Shown here: in pieces, positions 43,865 through 50,594 of the stretch
Layout: each line of letters opens with the position of its first letter
Numbering within the stretch: the stretch's first letter is position 1
IMG/VR virus record: IMGVR_UViG_3300030060_001384
Span: 1-50,594 of that record
Length of the DNA: 50,594 nt
Strand: one strand, 5' to 3'
Source of the DNA: a virus
Lineage: Duplodnaviria > Caudoviricetes
Made by a program: the position numbers and the translations under genes
The notes under the pieces: model-generated
Databases searched by the model: none
What the model saw: only the letters and a program-made list of their open reading frames with translations
What the model was told of the DNA's origin: nothing

Positions 43865-44081
43865 GCAGAAGTGGCGCACGAAGAGTGGCAAACCGTCCAC
43901 GCAGGGTCCAAAGGCAACCGGGGAGCGATATCTACCGTCTGCAGCTATCAAGGCGCTCTCGTCGAAGGAGTATGCGGCTACCACAAGAGCCAAAAGGAAA
44001 GCTACTCGCGCCGGTAAACAGGTGGCGAAGCAGCCTAAGAAAATAGCAAAGAAGACCCGCGCATATCGCAAGGTACGATAG
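43821..44081 (+). CDS. Basic protein, DUF5872-like
   Basis: SQRSLKSWTKQKWRTKSGKPS..GERYLP..EYAATTRAKR. Confidence 0.75.
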   Translation: MALKKSQRSLKSWTKQKWRTKSGKPSTQGPKATGERYLPSAAIKALSSKEYAATTRAKRKATRAGKQVAKQPKKIAKKTRAYRKVR

Positions 44082-44744
44082 ATGACATTTCTAGAACTTA
44101 TCAATGCTGTGTTACGAGAGATCAATGAAGTGGAAATTACCACAGTTTCTTCGACACGCGGTATCCAAACGTCAGTCAAAGACTTCATCAACAAGTCACA
44201 GCGAGACATTATCAACTCCGAAGTTGAGTGGCCGTTTACTGTTGTTAATCAGTCTTTTACGACTACTGCGGGAACAGGAGAGTATTCCCGAGAGTCAGAT
44301 GCAAAGACTGTCGACTATGATAGTTTTACTGTACAAGAGTCCGCATCCACGGCGGAAAAACAACTGAAGTACCTGTCATTCAACGAGTATCTGGAGCGGC
44401 GCAACGAGGCAGACACCAACCCCGACACGGGGTCTCGTGCGTTGCCCGAGTTTGTCTACAAGACTCCTGATCAAAAAATTGGTCTGTCTCCGGTGCCTGA
44501 TGTATCAACGTATACAGTCAGGTATTACTACTATCAAACCACATCAGATTTGGTCAACAACACTGACGTATCTGTCATACCCGAACGCTTTCACGATGTG
44601 ATAGTCAACCGCGCTCGTTACTACACCCACATGCTTCGCTCTGATATTCAATTTGCGCAGCTTGCTGATAGAGATTACAAGGAAGGATTGCTTCGCTTGC
44701 GTGTAGAACTAATCAACCGTAAGGACTACATGAGGGCCGTCTAA
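44082..44744 (+). CDS. Head-tail adaptor / tail tubular protein A-like
   Basis: MTFLELINAVLREINE, WPF, SPVPD..Y, IPERFHDVIV. Confidence 0.8.
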   Translation: MTFLELINAVLREINEVEITTVSSTRGIQTSVKDFINKSQRDIINSEVEWPFTVVNQSFTTTAGTGEYSRESDAKTVDYDSFTVQESASTAEKQLKYLSFNEYLERRNEADTNPDTGSRALPEFVYKTPDQKIGLSPVPDVSTYTVRYYYYQTTSDLVNNTDVSVIPERFHDVIVNRARYYTHMLRSDIQFAQLADRDYKEGLLRLRVELINRKDYMRAV

Positions 44745-46267
44745 TGCCAGATACTTCGCTACTTAGTCCGTTTGTTGTGAGGTTAGGCGGCGGTTTGGTG
44801 CTTGATAAGGATGCCTTTACCCTACCCCCCGGTGCAGCTACACAGTTGCAAAACTTTGAACCTGACATCAACGGCGGATATCGCCGCATCAACGGGTTCG
44901 CTAAGTTCAACTCGAACATCATACCGCAGACTAGCGCGTCCACTGAAAAGGTTCTTGGCGTGCATATCTACAAAGATCAGGTTCTTGCTGCACGTGGTGA
45001 AAAGGTATTCAAGGGCGGCGCAACCGGATCGTGGACAGAGATAGATTCAGGCCGCACCAGCGCCGGACGATATAACTTCGTCAACTTCAACTTTGACGGC
45101 ACAGACAAGGTCGTCTTTGTAGACGGCGCAAACCTTGCGTCGGTCTTCAATAATAGCAGTATCACTGACGTAAGTGCCAGTGGCAGACCAGCAGACCCCG
45201 CGTTTGTCGAAGTATTCCGAAGCCATGTGTTCTATGCGGGTATGTCTGCAAGTCCACAAGAACTTATTTTTAGTGTGCCGTTTGACGAGGATAATTTCAC
45301 AGGCGGTAGCGGCGCAGGGTCAATCAAGGTTGACGGCATCATCAAGGGCATCAAGGTCTTCCGTGAAAGCCTCTTTGTTTTTTGCGAAGACTCTATCTTC
45401 AAGATCACGGGTTCGAGTTCGTCAGACTTTGCAGTCGTGCCGGTCACACGAAAGATTGGTTGTGTAGACGGCTTCAGCATCCAAGAGATATCAGGTGACA
45501 TTGTTTACCTTGCACCTGACGGATTACGCACAATTGCAGGTACGGAAAGAATCGGTGACGTTGAGCTTGGCACCGTGTCAAAACAGATACAGCCTCGCCT
45601 AGAAAATGTGTCCACGGAAAGAATGTCCTCTCTAGTTATCCGAGGAAAGACGCAGTATCGTCTATTTTTCCCCACGGACGCACAGGCAGCATCGTCGGCT
45701 CTTGGCATAATCGGAGTTATCAAAGCTGGCACAGAAGGCGGCATAGGTTGGGAGTACGCTGATCTCAAGGGCATCAAACCCGCCTGTTGTGCATCCGGCT
45801 TTATCAGCGGAGTCGAGACAATCTTGCACGGAGGGTACGACGGCTACATCCACAAGCAAGAGTCAGGCAACACTTTTGACGGTACTAATATAGGCGCAAT
45901 ATATCGCTCCCCCGACTACACGATGGGAGATGCTGGTATCCGCAAGTTGATGCAGCGAATCATCTGGAACTATGACAACGACGGCGCAGTCAATTCTAAA
46001 TTTCGTATTCGCTACGATTTTAGTTCAGCAGATGTACCCCAGCCAGCAGAATACGATCTGACCACTGGATCGGCAATCGCACTATACGGTTTGGCCGCAT
46101 CAACATACGGCACTGCAGTGTATGGATCATCGGGCACACCGCTCGTACGACAGAGTGTTGAGGGTGGCGGATTCACAGTAGCAGTGCGCTTAGATGATAC
46201 ACAAGGCGCAGCCCCCATATCAGTCAAGGGGTATCAATTAGAATTTACTCCGGGAGGGAGGAGATAA
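44744..46267 (+). CDS. Tail nozzle / stabilisation protein (tubular B-like)
   Basis: GGL, NFEPDINGGYRRINGF, beta-propeller-like repeats, IGC..SIQE..DIVYLAPDGLR. Confidence 0.8.
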   Translation: MPDTSLLSPFVVRLGGGLVLDKDAFTLPPGAATQLQNFEPDINGGYRRINGFAKFNSNIIPQTSASTEKVLGVHIYKDQVLAARGEKVFKGGATGSWTEIDSGRTSAGRYNFVNFNFDGTDKVVFVDGANLASVFNNSSITDVSASGRPADPAFVEVFRSHVFYAGMSASPQELIFSVPFDEDNFTGGSGAGSIKVDGIIKGIKVFRESLFVFCEDSIFKITGSSSSDFAVVPVTRKIGCVDGFSIQEISGDIVYLAPDGLRTIAGTERIGDVELGTVSKQIQPRLENVSTERMSSLVIRGKTQYRLFFPTDAQAASSALGIIGVIKAGTEGGIGWEYADLKGIKPACCASGFISGVETILHGGYDGYIHKQESGNTFDGTNIGAIYRSPDYTMGDAGIRKLMQRIIWNYDNDGAVNSKFRIRYDFSSADVPQPAEYDLTTGSAIALYGLAASTYGTAVYGSSGTPLVRQSVEGGGFTVAVRLDDTQGAAPISVKGYQLEFTPGGRR

Positions 46268-46270
46268 CAC

Positions 46271-48262
46271 ATGGCAGGTTACACTAGACAGTCGTCTTAC
46301 TCTGACGGCGATACTATCACCGCCGCACACAGTAACAACGAATTTGATCAGGTTCTTGCTGCGTTTAACAATTCCAGCGGCCACAAGCACGATGGCACGG
46401 CAGCAGAGGGTCCGGTCATCGGACTCATTGGTGATCCGGGCGAAACCACGCCGAAGAACAAGGTCGTTGTTGACAATCCTAACAATCAGATCGAAGTCAG
46501 TATCGACGTATCGGGTACGTCCACAGAACAGGTTGTCTTCAAGGACGGCGTAATTGAGCCAACAACCGACAACGACATCGATCTCGGTTCGTCGAGCAAG
46601 CAGTTCAAAGACCTACACATAAACGGCACTGCCAACATTGACAGCTTGGCTGCGGACACAGCCAATATCGACGGCGGCTCTATCGACGGCGCAACGCTCG
46701 GCACGAACAGCGCAATCACGCAGGCCGTCATCGACAACGTCAACATCAACGGCGCAACCATCGGACACACTGACGACACAGACCTGATGACCCTCGCATC
46801 GGGCGTCCTGACTGTCGCTGGCGAAGTGTCGATGACAACCCTCGACATCGGTGGCACAAACGTGACTGCCACTGCCGCAGAACTCAACCTGATGGACGGC
46901 GGTACGTCTGCAGGCACAACAGCCGTAGCGGGTAGCGATGGCATCGTAACCAACGACGCTGGCACGATGCGTCAGACTACGGTCGATACCTTCGACACGT
47001 ATCTCGCCGCAACTACAAAGACCCTGACAAACAAGACACTCGATGCTGATAACAACACAGTGTCGAACCTCGAAGTAGACAACCTCAAGTCGGGCGTCCT
47101 TGACACGGACTTGTCGAGTGTTGCTGGCACGGACACCACCCTCGCATCGGCCAAAGCCATCAAGGCATACGTGGACAGTCAAGTTCAGTCTGCAGATACA
47201 ATCGAAGAACTGAACGACACAAACATCTCGTCGCTTGCGTCGGGTCACATCCTGATCTACGACGGCTCTGACAGCTTTGACAACAAAGCCATTTCCGGTG
47301 ACGTTACACTCGCTTCTACGGGTGCTGTGACGATTGCTAACGATGCCGTCGAAACAGCGATGGTCAACGAGAACGTCGTCAGCGGTCAGACTGCAATCAC
47401 CTCCGGCGATGTCAACATCACCAACGACACGCTTCTCTTGCACGACGCAGATGCCAGTGCCCTGAAGAAGGTCACAGTCACTAACCTGATTTCTAGTGCC
47501 GGTGGCTTGACGGAGGTCGTAGCTGATACTAGCCCACAACTTGGTGGCAACCTCGACGTAAACGGCAACGACATTGTATCCACGTCGAATGGTAATATCG
47601 ACATCCTGCCCAACGGTTCTGGTGTAGTCAACCTCGACGGCAACGGCTCATCGGGTGGTGTGTCTATCTCTGACGGTCTTGTCGACATTCGCACTGGTAC
47701 GGGTTCACGTTCGCAGGTCAAGTTTTACTGCGAGTCGAGTAACGCACACGCACAGACTGTCCAGCCGCAACCACATTCCGCAGGTGTAACAAATACCCTG
47801 ACACTTCCTGCCGGTGGTGATCAAGAAATCGTCGGTGCGTCTGCTACCCAGACCCTGACCAACAAAACCATCGATGCCAGTCAGTTGTCCGGCACCGTTG
47901 CGAACGCACGTCTAGACGCAGACCTACAAGCACTTGCGGGTCTGACATCTGCAGCGGACAAGGGCATCCAGTTTACCGGCTCTGGTTCTGCGGCGACGTA
48001 CGATCTCACGGCAGCAGGTAAGGCGCTGCTCGACGACGCCGACGCAGCAGCACAGCGTACGACTCTTGGGCTTGGCACTGCAGCGGTTGCTGCCACAGGT
48101 ATCAGCAACGGCAACGTAGCCGTGTTCACTAGCGGTGTTGCTGACGACGACTTCTTGCGTGTCAACGGCACGTCTATCGAGGGTAGGTCCGCATCGGAGG
48201 TCGCGTCGGACATCGGTGCGGCTACTGCCGGTTTTGCAGTCGCGATGGCGATTGCGCTTTGA
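46271..48262 (+). CDS. Main tail fibre protein
   Basis: MAGYTRQ..NNEFDQ..GHKHDG, TLTNKT repeats, [30 protein letters not shown]-terminal AMAIAL. Confidence 0.85.
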   Translation: MAGYTRQSSYSDGDTITAAHSNNEFDQVLAAFNNSSGHKHDGTAAEGPVIGLIGDPGETTPKNKVVVDNPNNQIEVSIDVSGTSTEQVVFKDGVIEPTTDNDIDLGSSSKQFKDLHINGTANIDSLAADTANIDGGSIDGATLGTNSAITQAVIDNVNINGATIGHTDDTDLMTLASGVLTVAGEVSMTTLDIGGTNVTATAAELNLMDGGTSAGTTAVAGSDGIVTNDAGTMRQTTVDTFDTYLAATTKTLTNKTLDADNNTVSNLEVDNLKSGVLDTDLSSVAGTDTTLASAKAIKAYVDSQVQSADTIEELNDTNISSLASGHILIYDGSDSFDNKAISGDVTLASTGAVTIANDAVETAMVNENVVSGQTAITSGDVNITNDTLLLHDADASALKKVTVTNLISSAGGLTEVVADTSPQLGGNLDVNGNDIVSTSNGNIDILPNGSGVVNLDGNGSSGGVSISDGLVDIRTGTGSRSQVKFYCESSNAHAQTVQPQPHSAGVTNTLTLPAGGDQEIVGASATQTLTNKTIDASQLSGTVANARLDADLQALAGLTSAADKGIQFTGSGSAATYDLTAAGKALLDDADAAAQRTTLGLGTAAVAATGISNGNVAVFTSGVADDDFLRVNGTSIEGRSASEVASDIGAATAGFAVAMAIAL

Positions 48263-48263
48263 C

Positions 48264-48292
48264 TTGACTAGATAATATTATTGCTGTATAAT
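48264..48292 (+). promoter_or_regulatory. Strong sigma70 promoter for the distal tail-fibre genes
   Basis: TTGACT-N17-TATAAT in an intergenic gap. Confidence 0.8.
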
Positions 48293-48312
48293 ACAGTGAT
48301 GAAGGAGAGGTA

Positions 48313-48645
48313 ATGGCACAGGATTTTGAAAGAAACATTGCACGTAACGTCGGAACAAGTGAGGTCGTTCTACGCACCGCAAACTCCGACGATGCAATTG
48401 TTGGTATCAATATCGCTAATGTTACAACTAGCCAAATCTTAATGGATGTGTACATCACTGGCGCAGGTGCCACTGATGACTACTACATCATTAAGGATGC
48501 CCCGATTCCAGTAGGTTCAGCCCTACAGGTCTTGGATGGTGGTGCAAAGATTGTAATGCAATCCGGCGATATACTTAACGTACAGAGTGATACCGCAAGC
48601 AGTGCAGATGTTTGGGTCTCTGTAGTTGACGCAATCAGCACGTAA
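48313..48645 (+). CDS. Tail-fibre-associated protein
   Basis: RBS AGGAGAGG; beta-rich, IIKDAPIPVGSAL..KIVMQSGD. Confidence 0.7.
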   Translation: MAQDFERNIARNVGTSEVVLRTANSDDAIVGINIANVTTSQILMDVYITGAGATDDYYIIKDAPIPVGSALQVLDGGAKIVMQSGDILNVQSDTASSADVWVSVVDAIST

Positions 48646-48655
48646 GGAATAACAG

Positions 48656-49105
48656 ATGCCATACATAGGTCAAAAAGTTCCGGGGTCTTATCAGGCTACG
48701 AAAGCTGTCCAGCGTTTCAACGGCGATGGCAGTGACACTACGTTTACCCTGACCACCACAGTCTCTTCTGTGCAAGACGTGCTGGTATCGGTGGACGGCG
48801 TAGTGCAGGATACCTCTGCGTACACAATCCCTGACGGCACGACACTCACCTTCACTGCTGCCCCGTCGAGTGGCACAGGCAACATCTTTGTAAATTACCT
48901 TGCACCCCAAGCGGGTACGATTGTGCCACCCGCAGAGAACAAAGGCAACTTCAAGGGCGGTGGTCTGTTCCGTACCAACGCACAGTCGTTGACTGCTGAC
49001 ACAACCATCCTTGCAACTGAGAACGCAAACGTGACAGGCCCGTTTACCGTAGCCAGCGGTGTGACCCTGACCGTTGAAAGCGGCGGGACATTGGTGACGC
49101 TATGA
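48656..49105 (+). CDS. Tail-fibre-associated protein
   Basis: MPYIG, FNGDGSDTTFTL, VSVDGVVQ, LTFTAAP, GPFTVASGVTLTV. Confidence 0.75.
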   Translation: MPYIGQKVPGSYQATKAVQRFNGDGSDTTFTLTTTVSSVQDVLVSVDGVVQDTSAYTIPDGTTLTFTAAPSSGTGNIFVNYLAPQAGTIVPPAENKGNFKGGGLFRTNAQSLTADTTILATENANVTGPFTVASGVTLTVESGGTLVTL

Positions 49106-49500
49106 GTACGCTGAAGGCAGATACCATCCAAAGCACCAGCGGCGGTGCGGCTACGCTGACGAAGCAACAGGCAGCGAAGATATGGTCTAACTTTGACGGC
49201 ACCACCAGCGGTATTACTCCTCGTGATAGCTTCAATGTATCAAGCGTTGGAGACACAAACACCGGCACTTACACAATCAATCACACAAACGCCATGTCAA
49301 ACAATGACTACTGTGCTGCTTTGATGGGGCGTATGCAAAGAGGCACAAGCAACAGTGGTGCTGCAAACGGGATTGACTCATCAGATGGTGACTCAACTGT
49401 TTTAACAACCAGTCACATATTAGCTTACATCAATGTTGCAACCACCAACGATGCTGATGTGCCTATTGGTGGGTCAATGGTGATGGGAGACCTCGCATGA
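49102..49500 (+). CDS. Small tail-fibre-associated protein (GDLA paralogue)
   Basis: MSTLKADTI, AAKIW, DSFNVSSVGD..TGTY, MGDLA. Confidence 0.75.
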   Translation: MSTLKADTIQSTSGGAATLTKQQAAKIWSNFDGTTSGITPRDSFNVSSVGDTNTGTYTINHTNAMSNNDYCAALMGRMQRGTSNSGAANGIDSSDGDSTVLTTSHILAYINVATTNDADVPIGGSMVMGDLA

Positions 49501-49502
49501 GT
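49486..49502 (+). repeat. Gene-junction repeat, copy 4
   Basis: GGAGACCTCGCATGAGT. Confidence 0.9.
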
Positions 49503-50321
49503 GAAGTAAAGACAAACAAAATCACCAGCCTTGCGAGTAACAACGACATCACCCTCGACCCTGATGGCACGGGCGATGTTGTCGTAAAAACAGGTTCTAA
49601 TGAACAGGATGCTCTACTCGTTAAGCAGTCTGACGGCACAGATGTTGGCTCTCTACGCATCAATAACGGCGCTTTTATATTAAAGGGTAAAAACTCATCT
49701 CAACCGATTCAAATTCAATCGCATGATGGCAATGAGGACATTGAGGTAGACCCAGATGGGTTTATCAAGTTTGAAACTGCCGGTTCAGAACGGATGCGTA
49801 TCGACAGCAGCGGCCGATTGTTTATGGGTGTTACTAGCAACACTACTGGAGGAGAAAGTTTCACTGTTGATGCCGCTGATGGTTTTCGACTGTTTTGCTC
49901 TAGAGGTAGTACGTCTGCGAGAGAGCAAATTATTTTCTTTAACCCTAACGGCGATGTCGGTTCAATCGACACAAGCGGAACATCCACGTCTTACAACACA
50001 TCGTCCGACCATCGCCTAAAGCAAGGCGTAGAGGACATGACCGGCGCAATCGACCGCGTCAAGGCGCTAGCTCCCAAACGCTTTCAGTTCATCGCAGACG
50101 CCGACACAACGGTTGATGGCTTCCTTGCCCACGAGGCACAGGCAGTCGTGCCAGAGGCTGTCACCGGCACTAAAGATGAAGTAAACGAAAACGGTGATGC
50201 TGTCATGCAGGGGATTGACCAAGCCAAGCTGGTGCCGCTTCTGACCGGCGCACTGCAAGAGGCGATTGCCAAGATTGAAACGCTTGAGACTAAAGTCGCA
50301 GCGTTAGAGGCAGGTGAGTAA
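49497..50321 (+). CDS. Tail fibre with C-terminal intramolecular chaperone (peptidase S74-like)
   Basis: ERMRIDSSG, TSSDHRLK, DGFLAHEAQAVVPEAVTG, DQAKLVPLL. Confidence 0.88.
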   Translation: MSEVKTNKITSLASNNDITLDPDGTGDVVVKTGSNEQDALLVKQSDGTDVGSLRINNGAFILKGKNSSQPIQIQSHDGNEDIEVDPDGFIKFETAGSERMRIDSSGRLFMGVTSNTTGGESFTVDAADGFRLFCSRGSTSAREQIIFFNPNGDVGSIDTSGTSTSYNTSSDHRLKQGVEDMTGAIDRVKALAPKRFQFIADADTTVDGFLAHEAQAVVPEAVTGTKDEVNENGDAVMQGIDQAKLVPLLTGALQEAIAKIETLETKVAALEAGE

Positions 50322-50594
50322 TGGCATTCGGTACACTCAAAGCAGATACCCTGACGCACTCGACTGCGGGTTCGCTGGCTACGAATTTTGTTGTGAATGG
50401 TAGTGCGAAGGCGTGGATGCAAGCTGTTGGTGATGGTACGAGTTACAACGATAGTTTTAACACAAGTTCTTTGACTGATGTAGGCACGGGGAATATCAGA
50501 GTCACTTACACAAACAATATGTCTAATGATGATTCTGCTTTTACTCTAGGGCATCAGTATCAGTCTTTAAGTGGTTCGTCAGCTTTTGCTGCAA
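50321..50594 (+). CDS. Small tail-fibre-associated protein (GDLA paralogue), 5' part
   Basis: MAFGTLKADTL..GSAKAW..DSFNTSSLTDVGTG; open to the window end. Confidence 0.75.
   Translation, partial: MAFGTLKADTLTHSTAGSLATNFVVNGSAKAWMQAVGDGTSYNDSFNTSSLTDVGTGNIRVTYTNNMSNDDSAFTLGHQYQSLSGSSAFAA

Noticed and set aside
47021-47877. Two TLTNKT-encoding DNA repeats in the tail fibre
   Set aside because: Common tail-fibre protein repeat with synonymous differences, so not a DNA-level element
1-50594. tRNA, rRNA, attP or dif-like site
   Set aside because: None recognised in the few intergenic gaps; tRNAscan-SE and host comparison would be needed to exclude them formally

Overview
The window is an almost complete, circularly permuted genome of a podovirus-like tailed phage. 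It resembles HMO-2011-type marine phages (family A DNA polymerase with a DnaJ-type CxxCxGxG insertion, class II RNR, no phage RNA polymerase); a marine alphaproteobacterial host is my inference. Layout: tail-fibre and internal virion genes on + (1-12468); a replication/nucleotide operon on - (12465-22810: NrdJ, endonuclease I, exonuclease, SSB, split DNA polymerase, helicase, primase); a divergent + block of small early genes (22913-27936); a structured non-coding gap, probably the genome end (27937-28650); then packaging, head, lysis and tail genes on + (28657-50594). Most notable: (1) a tyrosine recombinase fused to an ejection-protein-like tail, placed between TerL and portal; (2) a candidate ~80-nt sRNA whose 18-nt seed is complementary to the SD-AUG regions of several early genes; (3) an unannotated ArfA-like 50-aa protein; (4) paralogous tail-fibre cassettes joined by identical DNA motifs; (5) a shared hydrophobic-x-x-G-G motif in probable capsid-internal proteins. 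All family names are recognised by eye from motifs; no searches were run.
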